DNA from: Burkholderiaceae bacterium
Lineage (GTDB): Bacteria; Pseudomonadota; Gammaproteobacteria; Burkholderiales; Burkholderiaceae_C
Direction: 5' to 3'
NCBI GenBank assembly: GCA_048500255.1
Contig: JASNYH010000006.1
Location: 133,352-197,351, forward strand
Length of the DNA: 64,000 bases
In this document: piece after piece, positions 8,902 through 17,702 of the stretch
How the letters are laid out: each line of letters opens with the position of its first letter
Position numbering within the stretch: position 1 is the stretch's first letter
Translations under genes and position numbers: made by a program
Notes under the pieces: model-generated
The model's database searches: none
What the model was told of the DNA's origin: nothing
The model's input: the letters and a program-made list of their open reading frames with translations, nothing else

Positions 8902-9040
8902 GGGGCTCCTGGGTCGTCGGGGGGAAATCGGACGATTGTAGGCAGCGGCTCCTCCTGACGCCGCGCTGACGCCGCCTGCGCCCGGGGCGGCAGGTCCGGA
9001 AACGGCCAGTCGCGGCCTGGCCGCCGCCTATGATGAGGCC

Positions 9041-10618
9041 ATGCTGCCCGACCCCGACATCGCCTGGCGCGCCCTGCAGGCGCGCGACGCGCGCTTCGAC
9101 GGGCGGCTGTTCGTCGGCGTCACGTCGACGGGCGTCTACTGCCGACCGATCTGCCGCGTGCGCACGCCGCGGCGCGAGAACTGCCGCTGGTTCGAGACGG
9201 CGGCGCAGGCCGAGGCGCAGCGCTTCCGGCCCTGCCTCAAGTGCCGGCCCGAAGTGGCGCCGGGGCCGGGCCCGGCGTGGTCCGTGATGGATGCGACTCG
9301 GACGCTCGCGCGCCAGGCCGCCGAGCGGCTCGACGCGCTCGCAGGCGAGCCGGCCGACGACGAGGCCGGCGGCGCCCTCATCGCCGCGCTGGCCGCGCGG
9401 CTCGGCGTGACGGATCGCCACCTGCGGCGCATCTTCACTGCCGAGCACGGCGTGACGCCGCTGCAGTACGTGCAGACGCGCCGCCTGCTGCTCGCCAAGC
9501 AGCTGCTGACCGACAGCCGCCTGCCGGTGACGCAGGTCGCGCTGGCGAGCGGCTTTCGCAGCGTGCGCCGCTTCAACGCCGCCTTCGCGGCGCGCTACCG
9601 CCTCAGCCCGACACGGCTGCGGCGCGCCGGCGCCGCGGCACGCGACGGCACGGCGGCCTGTGCGGCGGGCGCCGACGCGCGTGTCGAGCTGACGCTCGGC
9701 TGGCGGCCGCCCTTCGACGCGCGCTCGCTGATGGCCTTCTTCGCGCAGCGCGCGATCCCGGGCGTCGAGTCGGTCGACGTCGACGCGCTCGCGCTGCGCC
9801 GCAGCGTGCCGCCGGGCACGCTCGGCGATCACGCGGCGGGCTGGGTCGAGGCGCGGTTCGTGCCCGAGCGCGCGCAGCTGCGGCTGGCGCTGTCGCCGAC
9901 GCTAGCCGGGGCCTGCGTGCGCGCCGCGCGGGTTGCGCGCCACTGGTTCGACCTCGACGCCGCGCCCGACGTGATCGATGCGGCGCTCGCCGGCATCGGC
10001 ACGCGCCTGCCCGGCGAAGTGGCGGGAACGCGCCTGCCCGGCGCGTTGGACGGCTTCGAGCTCGCCGTGCGCGCCGTCCTCGGCCAGCGCGTCACCGTCG
10101 CGGCGGCGCGCACGCTGGCAGCGCGCATCGCGCAGCGCTGGGGCACGCCGCTGGCGACGCCGTGGCGCGACGTGACGCTCGCCTTCCCGACGCCGGCCGT
10201 GCTGGCCGCCGCGCCGGCCGACGAGCTCGGCGCGCTCGGCGTGCTGCGCGTGCAAGCCGACGCGATCCGCGCGTTGGCCCGCGAGTGGCCGGCGCTGGCG
10301 AGCCTGGCCGCCGAGCCGCTGCCGCTCGACGCGCGCGCGCAGGCGCTCGTCGAGCGGCTCGACGCGCTGCCCGGCATCGGCGCCTGGACGGCGCACTACG
10401 TGGCGATGCGCTGGCTCGGCTGGCCCGACGCCTTTCCACCCGGCGACGTGGGCGTGCTCAATGCGCTCGGTCTCGGCCGCAGCGGGCGCGCGTTGCGCGA
10501 CGCCGAGGCGCTGTCGCAGCCGTGGCGGCCCTGGCGCGCCTATGCCGTGCTGCGCCTGTGGCAGACGCCGACGACGACGACGCTCCTTCGTGGGGCCGAC
10601 CAGGAGATCCGACCATGA
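9041..10618 (+). CDS. Ada-N (methylphosphotriester-sensing zinc domain) / AraC-HTH / AlkA DNA-3-methyladenine glycosylase II fusion
   Basis: 525 aa. N-terminal four-Cys pattern CRPICRVR...RPCLKCRP, then an AraC-type HTH (..HLRRIFTAEHGVTPLQYVQTRRL..FRSVRRFNAAF..), then an HhH-GPD glycosylase part (..LPGIGAWTAHYVAMR..). Confidence 0.9.
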   Translation: MLPDPDIAWRALQARDARFDGRLFVGVTSTGVYCRPICRVRTPRRENCRWFETAAQAEAQRFRPCLKCRPEVAPGPGPAWSVMDATRTLARQAAERLDALAGEPADDEAGGALIAALAARLGVTDRHLRRIFTAEHGVTPLQYVQTRRLLLAKQLLTDSRLPVTQVALASGFRSVRRFNAAFAARYRLSPTRLRRAGAAARDGTAACAAGADARVELTLGWRPPFDARSLMAFFAQRAIPGVESVDVDALALRRSVPPGTLGDHAAGWVEARFVPERAQLRLALSPTLAGACVRAARVARHWFDLDAAPDVIDAALAGIGTRLPGEVAGTRLPGALDGFELAVRAVLGQRVTVAAARTLAARIAQRWGTPLATPWRDVTLAFPTPAVLAAAPADELGALGVLRVQADAIRALAREWPALASLAAEPLPLDARAQALVERLDALPGIGAWTAHYVAMRWLGWPDAFPPGDVGVLNALGLGRSGRALRDAEALSQPWRPWRAYAVLRLWQTPTTTTLLRGADQEIRP

Positions 10619-11196
10619 CGACCGCGACGACGACCCACTGCACCGCCTGGAGCCGCGCCGACACGCCGCTCGGCGCCGTGACGCTGGCGCGCAGCGCGAC
10701 GGGGCTGGCGGGCCTGTGGTTCGACGGCCAGAAGCACGCGCCGCCGCCCGCGATCGACGCGCCGCGGCGCGACGACGACGCGTTGCTCGCCGAGGCGGCG
10801 CGCCAGTTGAGCGACTACTTCGCCGGCCGGCGCCGCTGCTTCGAGCTGCCGCTCGACGCGGCGGGCACGCCGTTCCAGCGCCGCGTGTGGCAGGCGCTCG
10901 GCGACATCCCGTGCGGCGCGACGACGAGCTACGGCGCGATCGCGGCGGCGCTCGGCGTGCCGCAGGCGCGGCGCGCCGTCGGCGCGGCGATCGGCCGCAA
11001 TCCGATCGGCATCGTCGTGCCCTGCCATCGCGTGCTCGGCGGCGACGGTTCGATGACGGGCTACGCCGGCGGCCTCGAGCGCAAGGCGGCGCTGCTGCGG
11101 CTGGAGCAGGCTCTTGCGTCGCCCTCGCAATCGCAGCCGGCGCTGCGCCCGCGCGAAGCGGCCGCGCATCGCCGTGCGCGGCACGCCGCGGCCTGA
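10615..11196 (+). CDS. ogt: methylated-DNA--protein-cysteine methyltransferase
   Basis: 193 aa from ATG 10615, overlapping the upstream stop (ATGA). Active-site PCHRV and TSYGAIAAALG...RAVGAAIGRNP pattern. Confidence 0.9.
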   Translation: MTTATTTHCTAWSRADTPLGAVTLARSATGLAGLWFDGQKHAPPPAIDAPRRDDDALLAEAARQLSDYFAGRRRCFELPLDAAGTPFQRRVWQALGDIPCGATTSYGAIAAALGVPQARRAVGAAIGRNPIGIVVPCHRVLGGDGSMTGYAGGLERKAALLRLEQALASPSQSQPALRPREAAAHRRARHAAA

Positions 11197-11200
11197 CGCG

Positions 11201-12100
11201 ATGCAGCCGCGCGACGCGCTGACGCTCGTCGCGCTGGCGGCGCTGTGGGGCGCCTCCTTCCTCTTCATGCGGCTGGGCGCGCGCGACTTCGGGGCCGTCG
11301 CGCTGGCCGCGCTGCGCGTGGCGATCGCCAGCGCCGTGCTGCTGCCGTTGCTGACGGCGCGCGGCGAGTGGCCGGTGCTGCGCCGCCACTGGCGCGCCGT
11401 GCTCGCCGTCGGCGTGCTCAGCTCGGCGCTGCCCTTCGTGCTGTTCGGCCATGCGGCGCTGACGCTGGGCGCGGGCACGATGTCGATCTTCAACGCGACG
11501 ACGCCCCTGTGGGGCGCGCTCGTTGCCTGGCTGTGGCTGCGCGACGCGCTGACACCGCTGCGCATCGCGGGCCTCGCGCTCGGCTTCGCCGGCGTGCTCG
11601 GGCTGGCGTGGAGCCAGGCCGGCGCCGCGGCCGGAGCCAGCAGCGCGAACGCGCTGGCGATCGCCGCGGCGCTCGGCGCGACGCTGAGCTACGGCATCGC
11701 GGCCAGCGCCACCAAGCGCCACCTGACAGGCGTCGCGCCTGTCGCGCTGGCGGCCGGCAGCCAGTTCGCCGCCGCCGCCGTGCTCGCCGTGCCGGCGCTG
11801 CTGGCCTGGCCCACGGCCGCGCCGGCGTCGACGGCGTGGGCGGCGGTGGCGGGCCTCGGCGTGCTGAGCACCGGCCTCGCCTACATCCTCTTCTTCCAGC
11901 TGATCGCGCGCGTGGGGCCGGCGAACGCGATCGCCGTCACCTACCTGATCCCCGTGTTCGCGATGCTGTGGGGCTGGCTGCTGCTCGGCGAGCGCGTCAC
12001 GGCGCCGATGCTCGCCGGCGCCGCCGTCGTGCTGGCAGGCACGGCGCTGGCGACGGGCGTCGTGCGCGGTCGCCAGCGCGACGCGGCACGCGCGACGTGA
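11201..12100 (+). CDS. EamA/DMT-family transporter
   Basis: 299 aa from ATG 11201 (MQPRDALTLVALAALWGASFLF..). About ten hydrophobic segments in a duplicated EamA-like organisation. Starts 4 nt after the ogt stop. Confidence 0.8.
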   Translation: MQPRDALTLVALAALWGASFLFMRLGARDFGAVALAALRVAIASAVLLPLLTARGEWPVLRRHWRAVLAVGVLSSALPFVLFGHAALTLGAGTMSIFNATTPLWGALVAWLWLRDALTPLRIAGLALGFAGVLGLAWSQAGAAAGASSANALAIAAALGATLSYGIAASATKRHLTGVAPVALAAGSQFAAAAVLAVPALLAWPTAAPASTAWAAVAGLGVLSTGLAYILFFQLIARVGPANAIAVTYLIPVFAMLWGWLLLGERVTAPMLAGAAVVLAGTALATGVVRGRQRDAARAT

Positions 12101-12118
12101 CGCCGCTCGTGCGACGCG

Positions 12119-13054
12119 CTACAGCGACTCGATCGTTCGCACCATGCGCCGGCGCAGCTCGACGTCGGGCAGCCGCCCGCGCAGCGCGCCGATGTTCTCT
12201 CTCATGTGATCGGGGTTCGAAGTCGCCGGGATCGCGCAAGTGACGGCCGGGTGCGACACGATGAACTTGAGGAAGAACTGCGCCCAGTTCGCGGCGTCGA
12301 GTTCGCGCGCCCACGCCGGCAGCGGCCGGCCGCGCACGACGTCGAACAGGTCGCCGCCGTCGAACGGCCGGTTGGCGATGACGGCGATGCCACGTTCTGC
12401 GCACAGCGGCAGCAACCGCTGCTCGGCGCTGCGGTCGGCCAGGCTGTACGTGAACTGCGCGACGTCGACGCGTTCGCTTGTCAGCGCGCGCTCCATCTCG
12501 TCGTGGCGGCGGCCGTGCGACGTCGTCAGGCCGATGTAGCGCACGCGGTGCGCACTGCGCTGCTCGCGCAGCGTCGCCAGGTGCGTCGGCCAGTCGACGA
12601 GGTTGTGGACTTGCACCAGGTCGAGCCGCTCGACGCCCCACAGCCGCAGCGAGCGCTCGAGCTGCAAGACGCCGAGCGCGCGCCCCGGCGTCCAGATCTT
12701 GGTCGCAGCGAAGGCCGGCTCGCGCCGCGCGGTGCGCGCGAGCAGCTCGCCGATCACGGTCTCGGCGCGGCCGTACATCGGCGACGAGTCGATCAGCGTG
12801 CCGCCGCCGTCGAAGAAGCGCTGCAACACCGGCGCGAGCGGCCGCCCATCGGGCGCGTTGAACGTGAGCCAGGTGCCGACGCCGATCGCGGGCACGAGCT
12901 CACCGGTCGACGGAATCGGGCGGCGCAGGCGCGCATCGGCGGCGGCAGGCTCGGCGTGCGCCGGCGCGGCGGCCAGCGACGCGGCGGCGGCGACTAACAG
13001 GCGGCGGCGCGTGCGGTCGCAGCGCGGCGCTGCGGGCGGCGTGCGCGGCGTCAT
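12119..13054 (-). CDS. aldo/keto reductase with twin-arginine (Tat) signal peptide
   Basis: 311 codons from ATG 13052-13054. N-terminus ..TRRRLLVAAAASLAAAPAHA|EP (Tat motif plus AxA site). The AKR tetrad context is retained (LIDSSPMYG, ATKIW, QVHNL). Confidence 0.85.
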   Translation of the reverse strand: MTPRTPPAAPRCDRTRRRLLVAAAASLAAAPAHAEPAAADARLRRPIPSTGELVPAIGVGTWLTFNAPDGRPLAPVLQRFFDGGGTLIDSSPMYGRAETVIGELLARTARREPAFAATKIWTPGRALGVLQLERSLRLWGVERLDLVQVHNLVDWPTHLATLREQRSAHRVRYIGLTTSHGRRHDEMERALTSERVDVAQFTYSLADRSAEQRLLPLCAERGIAVIANRPFDGGDLFDVVRGRPLPAWARELDAANWAQFFLKFIVSHPAVTCAIPATSNPDHMRENIGALRGRLPDVELRRRMVRTIESL

Positions 13055-13665
13055 CGCAGTGGCGCCGGCATGGCGCGGCCAATGGTTTGCAGCGTCCCGT
13101 CGTTGCGCGCGCGCACGACGACGATCTCGCCCGATGCAGGATGCATGCCGGTCAGCGCGAGGATGTTGGCGCCGTGCGTCACGACGACGAGCGTGCCCGG
13201 CCCGCGCCACGGCGCGAGGCGCGTCCGGCCGTCGCGCACGAGGCGGTCGCGCTGGTCGGCGAGCACTTGCACGTTGCCGAAGACGGCGTCGACCTGCGGC
13301 TCGCCGGCGCCGAGCAGGCGCGCCGTCTCCAGACAGCGGCACCACGGCGACGCGACGAGTCGACCGATGTCGATACGCTCGGCGCGCAGGCGCGCACCGG
13401 CGGCGAGCGCATCGGCTCGCCCGCGCTCGCTCAGGTTTCGCTGCGTCGCGCAGTCGTCGAGCCGCCAGCCCGGGGGATCGCCGATGCCGGGCGCGTCGGC
13501 GTGGCGCATCAGCGCGATCGCGCCGCCGGCGCGCAGGGCCTGCCATGCGGCGCTCCCGTCGTCGGCGCCCGCGGCCGGCGCAGCGGCCGCGAACAGCAGC
13601 AGTGCGAGCCACGCGCACGACGCGAGTGCTGCGGCGACGAGGCGCGAGCGAAAGGCGTTGGGCAC
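13051..13665 (-). CDS. histidine phosphatase family protein with signal peptide
   Basis: 204 codons. ALMRHADAPG (RHG-type motif) and VVVTHGANI. Hydrophobic N-terminus ..RLVAAALASCAWLALLLFAAAAPAAG. GTG start at 13665 is inferred because there is no in-frame ATG. The stop overlaps the AKR start (ATGA at 13051-13054). Confidence 0.7.
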   Translation of the reverse strand: MPNAFRSRLVAAALASCAWLALLLFAAAAPAAGADDGSAAWQALRAGGAIALMRHADAPGIGDPPGWRLDDCATQRNLSERGRADALAAGARLRAERIDIGRLVASPWCRCLETARLLGAGEPQVDAVFGNVQVLADQRDRLVRDGRTRLAPWRGPGTLVVVTHGANILALTGMHPASGEIVVVRARNDGTLQTIGRAMPAPLR

Positions 13666-13794
13666 GTCGAGGAATCCGGCTACCGCTGGTAACACCTGCA
13701 GTGTGCGCGCAGGCGGCAAGACCCGGTCGGCGGCGGGTCCGAGGCCACGCCGCGATGTAACCTCGGGGGCTGGGATTTCTGACCCCGTCGCCCC

Positions 13795-14493
13795 ATGCTC
13801 GGAACCTTCAAGCCCGTCGCCTACGACCCCTACCGCCGCCAACGCAAGGTCCGCGTGCCGCGCTGGCTCGTGCTGCTCGTCGCCGGCATCGCCGCCGGCG
13901 CCGGCGCCGTGATCGTCGTGCAGGAGCGCTATCTGCCGCCGCGCCTGTCGGCCGGCGAGTCGAGCCGCCTGCAGGCGGCCTACGAACAGGCCGACGCCGA
14001 CCGGCGCCGCCTGACCGCCGAGCTGCAGTCGGCGACGCAGAAGCGCGATGCCGCGCTCGCCGAGCAGAAGACGCTCGCCGACGAGCTGGCGCAGACGCGC
14101 CGGCTCGCCGACGACTTGCGCGGCGACCTCGCGACGGTGATCGGCTCGCTGCCGCCCGATCCGCGCGGCGGCGCGGTCGAGATCCGCGCCGCGCGCTTCT
14201 CTGCACGCGGCGATGCCCTCGCCTACGACGTGACGCTGTCGCGCCCCAAGGCCGGCGCGAAGCCACTCGCCGGCGTGCTGCAGTTCGTCGTCGCCGGCGC
14301 GTCGGCGAAAGGCGGCGGCGCGAGCGAGGCGCACATCACCTCCAGGCCGGTGCCGGTGTCGCTCGGTGCCTACGACGTGCTGCGCGGCAGCGTCGACCTG
14401 CCCGACGGCTTCAAGCCGCGGCAGACGACGATCCAGGTGCTCGACAAGCCCGGTGGTGCACGCCTGGGCATGCGCGTCATCAACGTCGACTGA
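13795..14493 (+). CDS. hypothetical bitopic membrane protein with coiled-coil segment
   Basis: 232 aa. One TM helix (WLVLLVAGIAAGAGAVIVV), a heptad-like charged segment (..RLQAAYEQADADRRRLTAELQSATQKRDAALAEQKTLADELAQTRRLADDLR..), then a beta-rich C-terminal domain. Followed by a strong terminator. Confidence 0.6.
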   Translation: MLGTFKPVAYDPYRRQRKVRVPRWLVLLVAGIAAGAGAVIVVQERYLPPRLSAGESSRLQAAYEQADADRRRLTAELQSATQKRDAALAEQKTLADELAQTRRLADDLRGDLATVIGSLPPDPRGGAVEIRAARFSARGDALAYDVTLSRPKAGAKPLAGVLQFVVAGASAKGGGASEAHITSRPVPVSLGAYDVLRGSVDLPDGFKPRQTTIQVLDKPGGARLGMRVINVD

Positions 14494-14512
14494 CGCAACG
14501 CCACAGAAAGAA

Positions 14513-14547
14513 AAACGCCTTGCAGATCGCTGATCTGCAAGGCGTTT
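14513..14547. terminator. bidirectional rho-independent terminator
   Basis: Perfect 16-bp inverted repeat AAACGCCTTGCAGATC / GATCTGCAAGGCGTTT with a 3-nt loop. Flanked by an A-run (AAAGAAAAA) on one side and TTTCGATTT on the other. It sits between the convergent 13795-14493 gene and the tRNA cluster. Confidence 0.7.
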
Positions 14548-14552
14548 CGATT

Positions 14553-14629
14553 TGGCGGAGCGGACGGGGCTCGAACCCGCGACCCCCGGCGTGACAGGCC
14601 GGTATTCTAACCAACTGAACTACCGCTCC
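14553..14629 (-). tRNA. tRNA-Asp (anticodon GUC)
   Basis: Reverse complement GGAGCGGTAGTTCAGTTGGTTAGAATACCGGCCTGTCACGCCGGGGGTCGCGGGTTCGAGCCCCGTCCGCTCCGCCA. 77 nt, cloverleaf, encoded CCA. Nearly identical to E. coli tRNA-Asp as I recall it. Confidence 0.95.
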
Positions 14630-14675
14630 GCGCGGCCGGCGGCTTTCGCATCGCTGCGCAAGTGCTGCCGAAACT

Positions 14676-14751
14676 TGGCGTCCCCTAGGGGATTCGAACC
14701 CCTGTAATCACCGTGAAAGGGTGGTGTCCTAGGCCTCTAGACGAAGGGGAC
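14676..14751 (-). tRNA. tRNA-Glu (anticodon UUC)
   Basis: Reverse complement GTCCCCTTCGTCTAGAGGCCTAGGACACCACCCTTTCACGGTGATTACAGGGGTTCGAATCCCCTAGGGGACGCCA. 76 nt, close to E. coli tRNA-Glu. Confidence 0.95.
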
Positions 14752-14782
14752 TGGTTCTTCGCCGACTTGGACTTCGCCGCAT

Positions 14783-14858
<76 letters not shown>

Positions 14859-14897
14859 TCGAGGTTCGCAACCGACGCTGTCCAAGCGAGAACGCGA

Positions 14898-16343
14898 TTA
14901 TAGCGAGACTTTCGAGGCGGCCCGCAAGCGCATCTCCACCACCTCGCGAGGGAACAGCGCGAGCACGGCGTCGATCGACGGCGTCTGCGCGCGGCCGAAC
15001 ACGAGCACGCGCACGGCCATCGCGAGTTGCGGCATCTTGAGACCGTGCGCAGCGATCGTCTCCTTGATCGTCTGCGCGATCGCGGCTTTGCTCCATTCGC
15101 ACGCGGCGAGCTTGTCGCGCAGCGCCGCGAGCGCAGGCTGCACCGCGAGCGTCACGTGCGTCGCGAGCTCGTCGGCCGAGGGATGCACGTCGCCGAGGTA
15201 GGGCGCAATCCAATCGGCCAGCTCGACCAGCGTCGCGCAGCGGTCCTTGAACAGCGCGATCGCCGCCGCGAGGTCGAGCGACGCGGGCACCGCCGTGCCG
15301 TGCTGCACCCAGCGCTGACGCAGCAGCGCGGCGAGCTCGTCGTCGGGCGTCGCCTTCAGGTGCTGGGCGCCGACCCAACGCAGCTTGGCCTCGTCGAACT
15401 GCGCCGCGCTGCGGCCGAGGTGATCGAGATCGAACCACTGCACGAACTGCTCGCGGCTGAAGATCTCGTCGTCGCCGTGGCTCCAGCCGAGGCGCGCCAG
15501 ATAATTGACCACCGCCTCGGCGAGGTAGCCCTCGTCGCGGTATTGCGTCACCGGCTTGGCACCGTGGCGCTTGCTCATCTTCTCGCCGTGCTCGTTGAGC
15601 ACCGTCGGCAGGTGCGCATAGACCGGCGGCTCGGCGCCAAGCGCGCGAAAGATGTTGATCTGGCGCGGCGTGTTGTTGACGTGGTCGTCGCCGCGGATCA
15701 CGTGCGTGATCGCCATGTCGAGGTCATCGACGACGACGCAGAAGTTGTACGTCGGCGGGCCGATCGCGTCGGCGCCGTCCGACGCGTCTGCCGGAGCCGG
15801 CCGCGCAATGACGAGGTCGTCGAGCTCGTCGTTGGCGATCTCGACGCGGCCCTTGACCTTGTCGTCCCAGACGACGGAGCCTCCGATCGGGTTGCGGAAG
15901 CGGATCACGGGCTGCACGCTCGCGGGCACCGGCGGCAGCGCCTTGCCGGGTTCGGGGCGCCAGGTGCCGTCGTAGCGCGGCTTCTGCTTCGCGGCCATCT
16001 GGCGCTCGCGCAGCGCGTCGAGCTCGGCGGGCTGCATGTAGCAGCGATACGCGAGCCCGCGCTCGACGAGTTGCGCCACGACCTCCTTGTAGCGCGCCAT
16101 GCGTTGCATCTGGTAGTACGGGCCCTCGTCGGGGTCGAGGCCGAGCCAGCGCATGCTCTCGAGGATGACGTCGACCGCCGCCTGCGACGAGCGCTCGACG
16201 TCGGTGTCCTCGATGCGCAGGATGAAGACGCCGCCGTGGGCGCGCGCGAAGGCCCACGGATAGAGCGCCGAGCGGATGTTGCCGAGGTGGATGAAGCCCG
16301 TCGGCGACGGTGCGAAACGCGTGCGGACCTGCAGCTTGCTCAT
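14898..16343 (-). CDS. gltX: glutamate--tRNA ligase
   Basis: 481 codons from ATG 16341-16343. [28 protein letters not shown] (HIGH-type motif) and KMSKRHG (KMSKS). The start overlaps the metZ stop (ATGA). Confidence 0.95.
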   Translation of the reverse strand: MSKLQVRTRFAPSPTGFIHLGNIRSALYPWAFARAHGGVFILRIEDTDVERSSQAAVDVILESMRWLGLDPDEGPYYQMQRMARYKEVVAQLVERGLAYRCYMQPAELDALRERQMAAKQKPRYDGTWRPEPGKALPPVPASVQPVIRFRNPIGGSVVWDDKVKGRVEIANDELDDLVIARPAPADASDGADAIGPPTYNFCVVVDDLDMAITHVIRGDDHVNNTPRQINIFRALGAEPPVYAHLPTVLNEHGEKMSKRHGAKPVTQYRDEGYLAEAVVNYLARLGWSHGDDEIFSREQFVQWFDLDHLGRSAAQFDEAKLRWVGAQHLKATPDDELAALLRQRWVQHGTAVPASLDLAAAIALFKDRCATLVELADWIAPYLGDVHPSADELATHVTLAVQPALAALRDKLAACEWSKAAIAQTIKETIAAHGLKMPQLAMAVRVLVFGRAQTPSIDAVLALFPREVVEMRLRAASKVSL

Positions 16344-17581
16344 CGCGCCAGCGTGTCGAGCCCGGCGAGCAGGTCGCCCTTCAGGTCCTCGACGTCTTCG
16401 AGCCCGACGGCCAGGCGCACCATGCCCTGCACAATGCCGGCCGCTTGGCGCTGCTCTTCGGTCAGACGGCCGTGCGACGTGCTCGCCGGATGCGTGATCG
16501 TCGTCTTGGTGTCGCCGAGATTGGCCGTGATCGAGCAGATGCGCGTGCTGTCGATGACGTGGAAGGCATTGGCGCGCGCAGCATCGGGCGCGTCGCCGCG
16601 CACGACGAACGACACGACGGCGCCGCCCGCGCCCGACTGCTGCGCCATCGCCAGCGCGTGCTGCGGATGAGACGCGAGCCCCGGGTAGTAGACGCGCGCG
16701 ACCTGCGGCTGCGCCTCGAGCCAGGCCGCGATCTGCGCGGCGCGTGCGCTCTGCTCGCGCATGCGGATCGACAGCGTCTCCAGGCCCTTGAGCACGACCC
16801 AGGCGTTGAACGGCGACAGCGACATGCCGACGCTGCGCATCAGCGGAACCAGCTTGCCGTCGACGATGTCTTCGCTGCCGCACACGGCGCCGGCGAGCAC
16901 GCGCCCCTGGCCGTCGAGATACTTCGTGCCCGAGTGGATCACGAGGTCGGCGCCGTACTCGGCCGGGCGCTGCAGCGCCGGCGTGCAGAAGCAGTTGTCG
17001 ACGGCGAGCAGCGCGCCGGCACCGTGTGCCAGCTCGGCCAGCGCGCGGATGTCGCACACCTCGGTCAGCGGGTTGCTCGGCGTCTCGGCGAACAGCAGCT
17101 TCGTCGTCGGGCGGATCGCGCGCCGCCACTCGGCGACGTCGGTCTGCGACACGAAGCTCGTCTCGACGCCGAACCGGGCGAAGTCGCTGCCCAGCAGCTT
17201 GATCGTCGCGCCGAACACGCTCTGCGAACAGACGACGTGGTCGCCCGCCTTCAGCAGCCCCATGACGACGAGGGCGATCGCGCTCATGCCGCTCGACGTG
17301 GCGATGCACGCCGGCAGGCCTTCGAGCGCGGCGAGGCGACGCTCCATCATCATCACCGTCGGATTGGTGAAGCGCGTGTAGACGAAAGCCTCTTCCTCGT
17401 TGGCGAAGCGCGCGGCGGCCGTCGCTGCGTCCGGGTGGACGAAGCTGCTGGTGAGGAACAGCGCCTCCGAGTTCTCGCCCCACGGGCTCGGCGGCAGGCC
17501 CTCGCGCACGGCGCGCGTGTCGAGCCGGGCATCGGCCGGCAGCTCGACGCGCAGAATCGTCTTGCGATCGCCCCCGCTCAT
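16340..17581 (-). CDS. metZ: O-succinylhomoserine sulfhydrylase (Cys/Met-metabolism PLP enzyme)
   Basis: 413 codons from ATG 17579-17581. YTRFTNPTV and the PLP-lysine context [11 protein letters not shown]. Position after purF is as in Pseudomonas and Burkholderia. Confidence 0.88.
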   Translation of the reverse strand: MSGGDRKTILRVELPADARLDTRAVREGLPPSPWGENSEALFLTSSFVHPDAATAAARFANEEEAFVYTRFTNPTVMMMERRLAALEGLPACIATSSGMSAIALVVMGLLKAGDHVVCSQSVFGATIKLLGSDFARFGVETSFVSQTDVAEWRRAIRPTTKLLFAETPSNPLTEVCDIRALAELAHGAGALLAVDNCFCTPALQRPAEYGADLVIHSGTKYLDGQGRVLAGAVCGSEDIVDGKLVPLMRSVGMSLSPFNAWVVLKGLETLSIRMREQSARAAQIAAWLEAQPQVARVYYPGLASHPQHALAMAQQSGAGGAVVSFVVRGDAPDAARANAFHVIDSTRICSITANLGDTKTTITHPASTSHGRLTEEQRQAAGIVQGMVRLAVGLEDVEDLKGDLLAGLDTLAR

Positions 17582-17587
17582 GGGACG

Positions 17588-17702
17588 TCCCTTCGCGCTG
17601 CACGCTGCGGGATGAGCGCTTGGGAGCGGCCCGGCGCGCATCCCCGGAAATCCCTCCGCGCTGCGCGCTGCGGGATGAGCGCTTGGGAGCGGCCCGGCGC
17701 GC
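17588..17702. repeat. two direct copies of a 52-nt unit (63-nt period) filling the purF-metZ spacer
   Basis: 17588-17639 and 17651-17702 are identical except for 17593/17656 (T/C) and 17602/17665 (A/G). Unit: TCCCT(T/C)CGCGCTGC(A/G)CGCTGCGGGATGAGCGCTTGGGAGCGGCCCGGCGCGC. Confidence 0.8.

Noticed and set aside
6467-9832. 1121-aa minus-strand ORF, which would be the largest protein in this part of the window
   Set aside because: Only its last 338 codons (waaC) look like a real protein. The rest is Arg/Ala/Gly/Pro-rich read-through running through the algC and ada regions in the wrong frame or strand. Those regions carry clearly recognisable genes in other frames.
17582-17702. SAM-type riboswitch or leader upstream of metZ
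   Set aside because: I could not recognise any SAM-I, SAM-II or SAM/SAH core features. The spacer is explained instead by the two direct repeat copies reported as a finding.
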